A stretch of 63,975 bases of DNA, the filler included, from Octopus bimaculoides (Eukaryota), in assembly GCF_001194135.2 (NCBI RefSeq). It is 6 parts of 5 records of this genome, joined end to end, with 100 filler letters (N's around TTAATTAATTAA, not from the genome) between each part and the next. Parts side by side here need not be neighbours in the genome. Positions count along the whole stretch, not along the records: positions 1 to 20,019 come from NC_068982.1; positions 20,120 to 40,619 come from NC_069005.1; 4 more parts are not named here. One strand, given 5' to 3'. Below, piece after piece: positions 13,304 through 26,938 of the stretch (position 1 is its first letter; each line of letters starts with the position of its first letter). The notes under the pieces are model-generated. The model did not search any database and was not told the origin of the DNA. It saw only the letters and a list, made by a program, of their open reading frames with translations. The translations under genes and the position numbers were made by a program.

Positions 13304-14309
13304 TACGCACGGGTGTGTATACTGGTAGTATGCGTACATAAACATAAGACCAAACGAGAAGAAAATACGTAATGACCTTTCTTAAATGCAAGTTCAAAGA
13401 CAATACTAATTTTACTTTAGTACATAAGACATTCGTCTTGTCGATTAAGTTTCATGATTTATCAACAAAGCTGTTCTTTGTTTAACTACAATTAAATCTT
13501 ATCTAACCATCAATGTCTTGATTTATTTTATACCTTAACAAGAAAACGATAAGGCAATTGTTGAAGCTTTGTTTAAGCAACGATAATACTTTTTCTGCCG
13601 AATTTTATTCTTAACGTTGGCAAACGGATTAATATTATTTACATAAAGTTTCATTTATTATTCACTATAGATGCAGGTGTTTCTCGTTGATAATATATCG
13701 TTCATTGTTAACCCCAGTAAGAAAATATTTCTCCCGTTTTAAAGGTTAACGTTTTCGACCTAGATATACCCCCAAAATATTTATTCTTTAAAACATACAC
13801 CCAACCCATTATTCCCCACCCCCATCTACAACTGCGTTTCCTATCTTTCGTGGCGTTCTTAACAAAACATTGTTCCGAGATCACATAACTCTGACGTTTA
13901 TGCTTATTTTTTCTACAGTCGTTCTCGTCTTCGTTTCACCAAATGCAATAAACCCTTTGGCTAGAACAGGTGTGGTTGCATCCCAAACCATCTCGACGCC
14001 ATCAGAATATTTAAGACAGTCTGACAATCAATTTACAAACACTTTTGGGTTAGTAATGAAGTAGGGTGGAGTGAGTTGCCAAGAGCCAGTCAACAAGGCG
14101 GCAACAGGATGTAGCACAACATTAAAAGAAGCCATGTAAGCACTTTGTTTATTTATTTGAGGGCAATATAAATCTTTCAGTGGGTGTCCATCATCTTTCC
14201 TCATTCTTTCATCTTCAGTAAAAATGTCGATGTTGAAATATCGCAAATGAAACGACGACAGCAGACTGCAAGTGCTACTAGCAAACATCAGGTTGTGTGT
14301 GCGCGCGCG

Positions 14310-14412
14310 TTCAAATGTGAGTGCGTGGCACCTTGGGCAAGTGTCTTCTACTATAGCCTCAGGCCGACCAATGTTTTGTGAGTGGCTTTAGACGGAAACT
14401 GACAGAAGCCTG

Positions 14413-14416
<4 letters not shown>
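14310..14416 (+). mobile_element. CORE-type SINE fragment (OR2-like)
   Basis: CCTTGGGCAAGTGTCTTCTACTATAGCC is CORE-like; the following GTGAGTGG...GACGGAAACTGA is shared with 62411-62780. Confidence 0.65.
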
Positions 14417-14449
<33 letters not shown>

Positions 14450-15032
14450 NNNNNNNNNNNNNNNNNNNNNNNNNNNNNNNNNNNNNNNNNNNNNNNNNNN
14501 NNNNNNNNNNNNNNNNNNNNNNNNNNNNNNNNNNNNNNNNNNNNNNNNNNNNNNNNNNNNNNNNNNNNNNNNNNNNNNNNNNNNNNNNNNNNNNNNNNNN
14601 NNNNNNNNNNNNNNNNNNNNNNNNNNNNNNNNNNNNNNNNNNNNNNNNNNNNNNNNNNNNNNNNNNNNNNNNNNNNNNNNNNNNNNNNNNNNNNNNNNNN
14701 NNNNNNNNNNNNNNNNNNNNNNNNNNNNNNNNNNNNNNNNNNNNNNNNNNNNNNNNNNNNNNNNNNNNNNNNNNNNNNNNNNNNNNNNNNNNNNNNNNNN
14801 NNNNNNNNNNNNNNNNNNNNNNNNNNNNNNNNNNNNNNNNNNNNNNNNNNNNNNNNNNNNNNNNNNNNNNNNNNNNNNNNNNNNNNNNNNNNNNNNNNNN
14901 NNNNNNNNNNNNNNNNNNNNNNNNNNNNNNNNNNNNNNNNNNNNNNNNNNNNNNNNNNNNNNNNNNNNNNNNNNNNNNNNNNNNNNNNNNNNNNNNNNNN
15001 NNNNNNNNNNNNNNNNNNNNNNNNNNNNNNNN

Positions 15033-15065
<33 letters not shown>

Positions 15066-16054
15066 TCGTTTCAATATGATAAATCAGGAGAAGAGCATAC
15101 CCTATAAAATATTATATATGCGAATGGAATAATTTGTAGAGTTTAGGTGCTTGAAGTTTTGGTTAACTTCTAGCAAGTTATCTTGTTGGATATCAATGTT
15201 TTGTTGTGCACATTTAATAAATACGCCTTCTCTCTCTTTCGTTATATCTGTTTCTCTCTTTCTCGGTTGTGAAAGTTATCATTCATACAAACTTGTAACA
15301 TTTGTCATTCAGATATTTGGAGTCAGTCTTTACTTCATAAGATATTGGCGCGTCTTTATCCAGTTCATAAACGACTTTCAGAAAATACACAAGTGATTGA
15401 AAATAGTTTTCGGAATAGTTTTACTCGATCAGACTGGCTTTGGGATGAATAAAACAACAAATATTTAGTTACCTTCACCCCGAATTTCATTTCAATTATG
15501 TTTCCTTGAAGATATATGTAATGTTTGAAAGTATATTTCGGATTAACCCACTGGTGGAATCAAAATTCTGCGACAAAAATGTTAAAAACAAATAAAATGT
15601 ACTTATTCCAAGAATTTTGCTCTCTTTTAATTAAGTGAATGACATATCTAAGCAAGTATAAAAGGGAAACGACATCATAGTATTAAAATGCACCAAGAAA
15701 ATTGTACACCCCTTAATGTACTAATTATAGATGATATAAGCTACAAATTCTCAGCTACAAATTCAGCTGGTATCTCCATTCAATTATAATTCTGTCCAAT
15801 TGCGTATCAAAGTCCCAGGTTGAAATTTAGAATCAGCATAGAACAGACAATTACAGTTTGGCGTTTGAAAAAAAATTTAATGTTTGATGAAACAATTTAT
15901 TTAAATATTTTATAATGCTCGATGCCAAGTTTAACACATAGATAAAGGTCCAAGTTCACGATTTCCCCATTTACTAATGAAAATTGAGCGCACGCGAACA
16001 CGCACGCACGCACACACATACACACTCACACACACAGTTTGGAAGCGAAAGGAC

Positions 16055-16122
<68 letters not shown>
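16055..16122. repeat. (AAT)n microsatellite
   Basis: Direct reading. Confidence 0.95.
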
Positions 16123-16123
<1 letters not shown>

Positions 16124-16775
16124 CGTCTTGTGACATGCAACACCAATTCCTAAAATTCTGATGGCAAATTGAATTGTATATATACATACGTACTTCAGTA
16201 GTATTAATATATAAAAAAAATGTTGGGTCTTCAATGAGTGAAAAGGTACTTTCTTGAGTTTTGACAGCAATTTAAATAGAAAATTATATTATTGAGGTTG
16301 GATAGTTTAATCATACTACAAATTAATTTTGGGAATGTTTAATATTTAGCTGAAATTAATATTGTGTAAAGGTCACTCTTAAGGTTCAATTTCTCAGATT
16401 TATACGCAGGAGTGCGCGCATAAACGCACACACACACATGTGTGCGCATATAGACCCATGCCCACACACTCACAAGCATATATACGTTTGTGTTAATGAA
16501 TGTACAAGACACAATTGATCACTTACATCTCAAGTAACATTATTAGCGATAGCAAAGCTGCTTTCAATCTAGGCTATTGGCTCAAGTGTTGGAGTGTATT
16601 TGCACGTTAGAAGTATATAGTTCATCGTTAAGTAAATGCTTACATTCTGATTCATATGACCGGAACAGACAAGGACAAAATGTTAGAAGTAAATCTAGGT
16701 TAAATAAAAGAGGTTACGGAGTGAGCTTTGACGATGATGCTATGTTGTTGCTATTGTTGTTGTTGTTGTTGTTGC

Positions 16776-16814
<39 letters not shown>

Positions 16815-16830
16815 TATAATTATTATTATT

Positions 16831-17021
16831 AAGGCGGCGAGCTGAACGAAATGCTTAGCGGTATTTCGCCCGTCCCTACCTTCTGGGTTTAAAATCCGCC
16901 GTGGTCGACTTTGCCTTTCATCCTTTCGGAGTCAATGAACTAAGAACCAGTGAAACACTGATCGATGTAATCGACTCATCCTCTCCCCCCAAATGGCTGC
17001 CTTTGCGGAAAAAATTGAAAC

Positions 17022-17022
<1 letters not shown>
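16831..17022 (+). mobile_element. TAA-tailed SINE, copy 1 of tandem array
   Basis: AAGGCGGCGAGCTG head, GACTTTGCCTTTCATCCTTTCGG core and (TTA)n tail. Confidence 0.8.
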
Positions 17023-17057
<35 letters not shown>

Positions 17058-17079
17058 CATCATCATCATTATTATTATT

Positions 17080-17270
17080 AGGGCGGCATTACTGTTGCGG
17101 ACGAAATGCTTAGCGGCATTTCTTCCGGTTTAACGTCCTGAGTTGAAATGTTGCCGAAGTCCACTTTGCCTTTCATCCTTTCGGGGTCAATAAATTAAGT
17201 ACCAATTAAGCAGTGGAGGCGATGTAATCAACTAACCACCTACCCCAAAACTTAAGACCTTGTGCCCAGA
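17080..17270 (+). mobile_element. TAA-tailed SINE, copy 2
   Basis: GGGCGGC...GAAATGCTTAGCGGCATTTC head and CTTTGCCTTTCATCCTTTCGGGGTC core. Confidence 0.8.
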
Positions 17271-17447
17271 TTACGCTAGTCAAAATGTTTAGAAGCATTT
17301 CTCCCAACTTTATGCTCTAGATTGAAATCTGCCTTTCATCCGTTCAGGGTCTGTAAAATAAGTACCAGCAGAACACTGCAGTCGTTGTAACCGACTAATC
17401 TTCTTCCCTCCCACAAATTTCAGACCTTGTGTCTATAGTAGAAAAAA
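17271..17447 (+). mobile_element. TAA-tailed SINE, copy 3
   Basis: CTGCCTTTCATCCGTTCAGGGTCTGTAAAATAAGTACCAG core and ATTATTATT tail. Confidence 0.7.
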
Positions 17448-17458
17448 TTATTATTATC

Positions 17459-17656
17459 AAGGCAGCGAGCAGGCAGAATCCTGAGCATGCCAGACAAAAT
17501 TCTCAGTGGTATTTCTTCTGGTTTTTCCGTTCTGAGTTCAAATTCCACCGAGATCGACTTTACCTCTTATCCTTTCGGAGTCGATACCAGTCGAACACTG
17601 GGACCGATATAATCGACCACGCCTCCTGCCAAAATTTCAGGCCGCAAAGAATAATT
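17459..17656 (+). mobile_element. TAA-tailed SINE, copy 4
   Basis: AAGGCAGCGAGCAGGCAGAATC head and TTCTGAGTTCAAATTCCACCGAGATCGACTTT. Confidence 0.8.
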
Positions 17657-17825
17657 AAGGTGGTGAGCTGCCAGAATCGCTTGTTCCAGTATCACCGACG
17701 TCAACTCAGCCTTTCATTCTTTCGGATGCCGATAAAATAAAGTACCAGTCAAATGTTGGGGTCGGTGCAATTAACTTTCACCCTCTCCTTAAATCTGTTG
17801 GCCTTGTATCAAAATAGAAACAATT
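17657..17825 (+). mobile_element. TAA-tailed SINE, copy 5 (internally deleted)
   Basis: AAGGTGGTGAGCTGCCAGAATCG head and GCCTTTCATTCTTTCGG...ATAAAATAAAGTACCAG core. Confidence 0.7.
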
Positions 17826-18225
17826 GTTGTTGTTGTTGGTCTTCTTTTTCTTCATCTTAGTTTATAAATCAAGTTCGCCTACTACTGCTGGGATATCGAA
17901 GCTGTGGCGGTATGAATCTGAGGGTAGCACTGATAATTTCGCCCAGATACCAAGCTTGGATTACTCTTAGTTTACCTTTCATTTCCTTTTATCGATTCAC
18001 TGTTTGAATACCAGTTGGTTTCGCTCCTTAGTCATTGAGATACATTAGCCACACACGACAACCACGAGATGATTCGGTGCCAATTCCTCCACAAGACACA
18101 AACTATCACGTATTGCACTGGCTGGCAGCCTGCCACTTCGAACTGCGGGAATACGAAGCAATCATTCAAGCTGGCTAAGCATACATCAATGAACTTTCGA
18201 ATGTAAAAGAGACACCATACGAAAC

Positions 18226-18300
18226 AGCAGCAGCAACAGCAGCAGTAGCGGCGGGGGTAGCAGCTGCGGTGGCGACGACGATGGCGGCATCAGCAGCAGC

Positions 18301-18350
<50 letters not shown>
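18226..18350. repeat. (GCA)n/(CAA)n compound trinucleotide repeat
   Basis: Direct reading. Confidence 0.9.
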
Positions 18351-18352
<2 letters not shown>

Positions 18353-18715
18353 TACATTCAAAGAACTTATTCTGCTTTGGTATGCCTAATTAGACATCAA
18401 GGAAAAGTACCTCGGTGATTAAACTCACTGATAACAGAAAGCAATTGCTTATTTACCGCACCGAAATCAAATTAGAGCATTTCATCGGTTTTAATATAAC
18501 ATAGTCGCAGTCATATTATATAAAAACTAAAATATAAAGTAACATAATGTCATCTAAAATAAATAAACAAAAGTGAAAGTGTCTTACTGAATATTGAACC
18601 TCATGGACCTATATATTGACTATATATATATGTATATATGTATGTATGTGTGTATGCATGTGTGTAATACACATGCATACACATATTATATATCTGCATG
18701 TGTCTGTGTATGTCC

Positions 18716-18890
18716 TCCACCACTGCTTGACAACCAGTGTTAGTATGTTTACATCCCCGTAGCTTAGCGGTTCTGAAAAAGAGACTGCAAAAAAAGCCCT
18801 GAGGTCGATTTGTTCGACTAAAAACCCTTCAAGCGGACCCAGCACGGCAACAGCCGAATGATTGAAACAAATAAGAAAAAATATACAGTG
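18716..18890 (+). mobile_element. 3' half of an OR2-like SINE
   Basis: CACTGCTTGACAACC...GTTTACATCCCCGTAGCTTAGCGGTTC...GGTCGATTTGTTCGACTAAAA; homologous to 26085, 28808, 48355 and 62411. Confidence 0.75.
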
Positions 18891-18899
18891 AAAGAAAGA

Positions 18900-18941
<42 letters not shown>

Positions 18942-18978
18942 NNNNNNNNNNNNNNNNNNNNNNNNNNNNNNNNNNNNN

Positions 18979-19033
<55 letters not shown>

Positions 19034-20019
19034 ATATATAAATAAAGAAAACGAGTTGAGAATTACAGAGGATGAGAGAACATTAAAATATTTTACACAA
19101 ATAGTCATAACGAATATATGAAACAATAACAAAACACTGAATGAAACACATTGTCAATAGTTCTTAGCATTTATTCAAACCGATCAGACAAACTTCGAAT
19201 TAACTTTGAATCTATCGCTTACTAATCCAGTCAACAATATCTTAAATGTCGAGACGCTAACAGAGTTTGTTATCTCAACTGGAGGTTCTGATTTAATTAA
19301 TCAGCAAGCAGTAATATTTTCAAAATCTATTTTATAACTCGAAAGATTTCTTATTTTCTCCAAATCTTGTTTCGGTTCCTGTTTACAAAACGTATATTTA
19401 TAAATATCTAGTTGTAATCTTTGGAGCAAAACTACTTTAGTTTGACCCAACGATATGTTCTTTTTTACTATAGAAGTGGATCAAAGGATTCCTACAGGAA
19501 TATTTGTAAACTGAAAGAGACGGCATCTGATTTAATACGCTTCAGCCATTGTTGTAAATGGCTGTTGATGCTCTATCTTGCAATCAGCATCACGCAGCAC
19601 CAGTCTTCAACTCTTTTATAATTGGTACAAGCATGACAATATTAGCTTCAAATGATAATGCATCGAAGAGTGTAATAAACAGAAGAGTTACATTCCAAGC
19701 AGGTAATAGTTAAACAGATAGAAACGAAACTTTTTGATCATTCCTGCTATAGGACAAATGAAATGTCAACGCTGCTCAGTTGACCAACAGAAGTTTTTCA
19801 GACTTTTAAGTCGCTTACGTCTTAGAATAATCTATGAACTGGTCAGAATTAAGGGGGATAAAATATGAGTTATTCTGGAGTCGGGTTTAAGAATATAACA
19901 GGTTACTTAGTTTACGAGAGACATTTGCATTATCTAATGAATGGAAGGCAATGAAGCCAACCAATCAGAAGGAGGCAGGAATATGCCAAATGCAGATACT
20001 CACAATATATATATATATA

Positions 20020-20119
20020 NNNNNNNNNNNNNNNNNNNNNNNNNNNNNNNNNNNNNNNNNNNNTTAATTAATTAANNNNNNNNNNNNNNNNNNNNNNNNN
20101 NNNNNNNNNNNNNNNNNNN
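20020..20119. other. Artificial scaffold join N44-TTAATTAATTAA-N44 (linker 20064-20075)
   Basis: A 100-nt gap with a six-frame-stop linker; the same structure recurs four more times. Confidence 0.95.
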
Positions 20120-20179
<60 letters not shown>

Positions 20180-20566
20180 CAATGAATGGGGGTTTTATAT
20201 ATGTAATTACCTATATGTACAATTCCGGAAAATGCATTGCGTGCCGTATATAGCATTCGACATTGCCTCGTGTACATATATGTAGATAATATGAGAGAGA
20301 AGTAAGATTAGAAACCTGGGTACATAGGGGCAAACACACATGTATGCTGCTACGTCTCTCTATAAGTATATGTATGTATAAAGAGATTGAGATTTCCATT
20401 TCTATAGTTATATGGATAATCTGTGTTTATGAACACATAATAGTTATAAATATATATATTTATATACTTTCACAACTATGTCCTTCTACGTGTACATATT
20501 GTAGTATTATATATCCATACATACACATACACACATATACACGTAGTTACGTGTATGTGTGTGTTT

Positions 20567-20622
<56 letters not shown>

Positions 20623-21789
20623 GCACACATCATACATTTATACATAACGCCGTACAATATATCATATTAAACGTGCACAAGGAACAATGTAGATTATGTT
20701 TTAAAGGAAACGAAGCAAACACCTGCCAGTACAAACAGGTAGAAATAAAATGTACATATTCATATCCACGCACACACACACATATATATACATATATATC
20801 TACATGTATGTGTATGTGTGTGTGATGTGTACATTCATGTACATATATACATACACATACATGTATATGTTTATGTACAATTACATTAATACATATGCAG
20901 TAGTACGCGAATGTATAATACATATATCTAATCCCACACAAACACAGGCCCACACACCTGTATATATATGTAATTATAAGAACATGAATATATTTAGGCG
21001 TTGGACTTTTGTATATCAATCTCGTAGGAGATACATATTTTCAGGATGATAGTGGAAATATTAATTTTAAAAACGTACATTGCATTTAAGAAACAAAATC
21101 ACATCATATACATAAAGGTCCATCAGGAAAATGAATGTGAAATGTAACGGCTGTTGCCACCTCAACATGGCTGTTCCGTAAGAACTGACGTCACAACATG
21201 GTGATTCTGCCGATGGAAGATGCTAGGCATTTGTTCCATTGTCTGCAATATATGCCGGGTGCAGTTTGCATGGAATAAGCAGCCACAGGAGGCGTCCTCG
21301 TATGGTTAAAATGGTTGTAACATCAGGTCCTATGCAAGAACCACGTTGAAGGGGCAAAAACTACTACTCTTTCTTTTCCCTGAGCATCTTATGAATACAT
21401 TGTTTGTGGTACGTCCACACGTTCGTTTTATTTTTCTTTTTCTCTCTGTTGATTTTTCCCCTTATTTTTGCTTCTTTCTCTTTGGAGTTTTCTGTTTCCG
21501 ACGAAGAACTATGATCGTAACGTTAACAGTACATTCACCCTTCACAGAGCGGTAAATCAATATATTTCTTGTACACATCATCACATTAGCTTTCTTTCGG
21601 TTGTTTCTTTATTTTCTGTTTTTCATTGTTTGTTTATCTGTATTAATTGTTTGTTTATCTGTATTAATTCGGAGTACACTGACAGTACGCAAAACAAAGT
21701 ACGTACATTGTTTTATTACTTTTGATTATTTTTTACTACTTTTAAACGGCAGTAAACAGAGTGGTTTTAAAACAAATAAAATGCTATGG

Positions 21790-21965
21790 AAACAGTTTGG
21801 AGGCATTGCGTCCAGCTTTGTGTTCAGAATTCAAATTCTTCCATGTTCAACAACGCTATTCATCTTATCGAGGGTCGACCATATACACACTGTTTGGACA
21901 TGGAGGTCCATTTAACCGGCTTGCACCCTCTCTTAAATTTTCTGGCATTTTGCCATAATTTGAAA
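21790..21965 (+). mobile_element. Degenerate TAA-tailed family SINE
   Basis: TTCAGAATTCAAATTC...TTCATCTTATCGAGGGTCGA aligns loosely with the family core. Confidence 0.5.
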
Positions 21966-22215
21966 ACATTAATTCAAAACGGTAGTCGTTACATGTGCGT
22001 CAAGTGTTGAGAGCTTCGTTCGTTTGAAACAAGTCCGCAACCGTAATTGGTTTCTGTGAAATGAAAGATGTAAATGTATACATAGGTTTATTTATACAAT
22101 TCAGCAGCTAGACGCTGAGAAAATTATTAGTTTGAATACACACACGTGTGTGTATATCTATCTATCTATATATATAGCTAGCTAAATATACATACATATA
22201 TATATATATATACGG

Positions 22216-22307
<92 letters not shown>

Positions 22308-22853
22308 CTTCGTAGCTAACAGAAGGCAAAGCAGCAGCTAAAAGTTAAATAAACGGTACTGGATTGTAGTAACATTCTGATAAACATTCTCATGGGGGAA
22401 ATTCTCTATTTCAAACCAAGCTCGGTTCCCCTTGACGTGCTTTACACAGTAGTGCAATCACATAAACACACTCACCAACGCACAGACGCACAGATACGCA
22501 CAGAGACATTCTCTTTCTCTCTCTCTCTCTCTCACTCTCTCTATATATATATAGGTGTGCATTTTGCAATGCTTGTGTGTGTCTGGGCGTGTTTTTATCT
22601 TGGAACATTTAAGTTGCAATATTATACTTTAAGTGCTAATTAATTTGAGATGCCTCTTGATAACTGCCTTCATGAAAAATGAACTTTTAGCAGAAGACTG
22701 CTTGCAACGGAGAACCGATATTCGTTAGTGCAGAAATTCGTACGTGGTGATATAATTCTGTATGCATGTATGTGTTTGTGAGAATGCATCGTATCTCTTA
22801 GCTCCTGTATTTGAAACTCCGAGTACTCTTATGAGACCTAACTGATTGTCCTA

Positions 22854-22885
<32 letters not shown>

Positions 22886-23614
22886 NNNNNNNNNNNNNNN
22901 NNNNNNNNNNNNNNNNNNNNNNNNNNNNNNNNNNNNNNNNNNNNNNNNNNNNNNNNNNNNNNNNNNNNNNNNNNNNNNNNNNNNNNNNNNNNNNNNNNNN
23001 NNNNNNNNNNNNNNNNNNNNNNNNNNNNNNNNNNNNNNNNNNNNNNNNNNNNNNNNNNNNNNNNNNNNNNNNNNNNNNNNNNNNNNNNNNNNNNNNNNNN
23101 NNNNNNNNNNNNNNNNNNNNNNNNNNNNNNNNNNNNNNNNNNNNNNNNNNNNNNNNNNNNNNNNNNNNNNNNNNNNNNNNNNNNNNNNNNNNNNNNNNNN
23201 NNNNNNNNNNNNNNNNNNNNNNNNNNNNNNNNNNNNNNNNNNNNNNNNNNNNNNNNNNNNNNNNNNNNNNNNNNNNNNNNNNNNNNNNNNNNNNNNNNNN
23301 NNNNNNNNNNNNNNNNNNNNNNNNNNNNNNNNNNNNNNNNNNNNNNNNTATATATATATATATTTGTATGCGTATATACATGTTTGTTTGCGAATGTGTG
23401 CTTGTGAGAGAGAGCAAGTGTGTGCGAATGAATGTATGTATGTGTGTGTCTGTGCGTGTTTCTGCATATGGTGAAATCTCACAGATCGTTGCTGCGGTTT
23501 TCAATTCCGACATTCGAACGATTTTGAAAAACAGCAATATAAATTGGCATTAACTTACATAGAGTAAAAGCGTTTGGATATCTTAACGAGAACGAAAATT
23601 CAGTAAAATGAATA

Positions 23615-23826
23615 GTGTATTGTTTTCCACTCTAGGCACAAGGCCCGAAATTTTGGGGGACGTGGGGGGGGGGCAGTCGATTAGATCGAAACCTGGTACT
23701 TAATCTATCGACCCCGAAAGGCAAAGTCGACATCGGCGGAATTTGAACTCAAGACGTAAAGAAAGAGAATATACCGCTAAGCATTTCACTCGGCATGCTA
23801 ACGTTTTTTCCAGATGGCCGCCTTAT
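23615..23826 (-). mobile_element. TAA-tailed family SINE
   Basis: ATCGACCCCGAAAGGCAAAGTCGAC...CCGCTAAGCATTTC...GCCGCCTTA is the reverse complement of head and core. Confidence 0.85.
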
Positions 23827-23829
23827 TAG

Positions 23830-24750
23830 TGAAGGAAGTTTTTTAAAAGCTGCTAGACATAAGGAAACCAGGAACCTAAACGATATTAAAACAAGAAAAA
23901 AAACAGAAATTATCTGACTGACAGGAGAAGGCATTACATGGGCGTGGTGGATTCCCAAATATTGTTGTAGCAAATAATAGTCATTAGACAAGGTTATGTT
24001 TACAGAAAGTAAAGTTGAAGAGGGAGAAAGAAAATGCGTTAGTTGCTGCACAAGATAAAGCATTAAAGACTAATTGGATAAAAGCCAAGATAGAAAAATC
24101 CACGAAGATTCCCAATGCAAATCAAAAGAGGAAAGCGTTAGTCAAATAGTAAGTGAATGTAGAATGCTGGCACAGAAAGAATACAAGAAAAGACATGACA
24201 ACCAAGGGAGAGTAATCCACTGAGAGTTATGTAGAAAGCTTGGATTTTTAACATACTGATAAATGGTATGAACATGAACCTAGTAAAGTACTAAAAAGTA
24301 AGAAATACAAGATGTTATGAGACATTAACATTCAGACTGACAGTGTAATAGAAGTTAGAAGGTCTGATTTAGTAGTGGTAGTTAAAGAGAATAGAAAGTG
24401 CCAGATAAGTAAATTTACAGTACGAAATAATGAAGACATTGATATGAGAAGTACAGAAAAATAGCAAAGAACCATGACCTAGCTATTGAGTTACAGAGAC
24501 TGTGGAAAATGCGGGTAAAATGGATCCCAGTTGTAATAGGTGCACTGAGAACTATCCTTAAGGATCTGAACAGATGGATAGAGGAAATAGGCATGAAACC
24601 AATTTTAATACAACTCCAGAAAACTGTTGTTGGGGACATCTAGGATACTTAGGATTGTTTTTGGTATCTAAGGTTACTTGTTGTAGCCAGATGTTACGAT
24701 GTTTGCTTTTTCAACAGTTTAGACTGTTGAGTGCATGTGAAAATAATAAT
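23830..24750 (+). mobile_element. R4/Dong-clade non-LTR retrotransposon, decayed 3' part (CCHC finger + restriction-like endonuclease)
   Basis: Pieces read VAAQDKALKTNWIKAKIEK, ESVSQIVSECRMLAQKEYKKRHD, WYEHEP, DINIQTDSVIEVRRSDLVVV, DLAIELQRLWK and PVVIGAL, followed by an (AAT)n tail. Confidence 0.85.
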
Positions 24751-25930
24751 AAGTATAATGATGATAAAGATAATAATGATGATGATGATGATGATGATGA
24801 GGAGGAGGAGGAGGAGGAGGAGGTGGATAATGGTGGTGGTATCGACAACGACGGCGACGGCAACGGCGATGATGATGGTATAAAAAATATTAAAATATAA
24901 TGAAATCTGTTCTAAAAATGATTGATATATTCTTCTCGAGATATACCCACCACAGGGGGGCCATATCCCATAATATCTTCAGTTGTTTCTCAATGTCTTC
25001 CTCCCCAGCGTGGAGCAAAGTGAAATTGAAAGATTAGTTCATCAGAATTGCAACTTAATGTGTTTATGATATTGTAGAGCAGGAATTATTAGTCGCAGAA
25101 TATATTCTTAGCCTCCACATCAAACCCTGCCTTCACTCTCTTTTATTATAATTCTTATAATTTGCTGTCACACCTCCCAAGCAGACAATACACTTCTCTC
25201 ATTTTCACATTGTCTCCCCCACCACTTCGCCCCCCTCTCTATCACACTCTTGCTCCGAATACATATATATATATACATGTATGTATGCATGTATGAGTGT
25301 GCCTGCGTGTACCTATATATGTATAAATATATACAGATACATTTCTACATATATATGCACGCGCACACACACACACATACACATGTATACATACATATAT
25401 TCATATATATATATATATATATATATAACGGCCTTTCAATACCGTTATAGAGATCTACAACAGCATCCATGGAAGCCCGTTTCCACTGTTATTATTTTCA
25501 TGTGAGTGTGTATGTGTGCGCGTACAAGTGCGTGTGTGTATGGTTACAGTGTACATTTGTGTATGATATGCTATAGTGCGTAGCGTCACATATTTAATAA
25601 TCTGATTGCTTTTAATGTCGAGTGGCATTAGCTTCCACTGGCTTTAGGCTTTATTATTTGCAAGAGCTTCGTGTGTATACCTGGCTCTGTGGAATACGGT
25701 TCTCTGATCACGGTAAAATACTTCTATAAGAACCTTTTACATGTTAGAATAAAACCCGATCTATGTGTGGTTTTTACCTCGGCGTTTAGGCGCATCGATC
25801 CCACTGCGTGCGCGGTCCTGCTCATGCAGTCGTATATTGGTGTAGATTTTGGAGTTTCGTGTCTCGATAATTCATGGCGAATAACTTTTGGAATACGTAA
25901 ATTTTACACCTCACACCTGGATCTATCTAT

Positions 25931-25997
<67 letters not shown>

Positions 25998-26084
25998 CGT
26001 CTGTCTATGTACGTATGTATGTACGTATGTATGTATGTATGTTTGTTTGTACCCTCTCTCTCTACACACATAAATATATATATA

Positions 26085-26250
26085 TTCTTTTATTTCTGGA
26101 TATGTCTCAGTCATCTGACTGCAGCCATGCTGGAGCAAAGCCTTTAGTCGAACACATCGACCCCAGGGCTTACTCTTTGTAAGCCTTGTACTTATTCTAT
26201 CGTCCTCTTTTTCCGCAACACTAAATAACGGGCACAAAATCACAGACACA
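26085..26250 (-). mobile_element. OR2-like SINE 3' part
   Basis: CAGTCATCTGACTGCAGCCATGCTGGAGC...TTAGTCGAACACATCGACCCCAGG is the reverse complement of the family 3' region. Confidence 0.75.
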
Positions 26251-26897
26251 GAAACGTATACATATATATATTAGCCGGCCTATCGGGCCCTATGGAGGGC
26301 TCTTCATTGGGCCTTGCGCCCAACAATGACATTTCATGCATTGAGTATGTATGAAATTTTATTAAACTTCAACAATATTTTTCAAGCAATGAAAAATTTT
26401 CATCAAAACAATGACAATCTTTCAACTTGGAACTTATAGCAAGCTGCATGATAAACAACAATACCATCACCATCGCCACCACATCTGCCATACGTACATC
26501 ATTCAGACTTCTGACCCACCGCCATCGATATCTTTCACTTCATCACCTTCCCCTTCACCACCATCACTACTGTCTTTCTCATCGCTTACTCTCAACTTCA
26601 TTCCTGACCATCTCGGCTACCACCACCACCACCACCTCCGCCTCTGTCACAACTACAGCTCATACTATTACTATCACCTTATTACCATCGTTCAGTAAGT
26701 TGATTCAGTGTTCAGTCCCCCTTTCTATCTTTCTTTTTATTACTTCCACTGCCACATCAACACTACGACATTTAATAAAAACATCATTATCTCTCCCGAA
26801 ATTTCTTTGTTTCCTTCTATTTTTCTTTCTTTCTCTTTCTCTTTCTGTTCACTACCGCCCTCACCGTTTCTGTGCCTACCCTATAACTCTCACCCCA

Positions 26898-26938
<41 letters not shown>

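Noticed and set aside
9799-15079. Long ORFs of 200-377 aa in the track (also at 22851, 41106 and 43150)
   Set aside because: They are read-throughs of N gaps and (TA)/(CA)/(TG) microsatellites, not coding sequence.
16831-17825. CRISPR-like or satellite array
   Set aside because: The units are 170-200-bp diverged SINEs with no short conserved repeat-spacer structure, and the sequence is eukaryotic.
25671-25920. Non-repetitive first half of the 158-aa ORF
   Set aside because: GTG start, no recognisable domain, and it runs into (TATC)n with no convincing acceptor.
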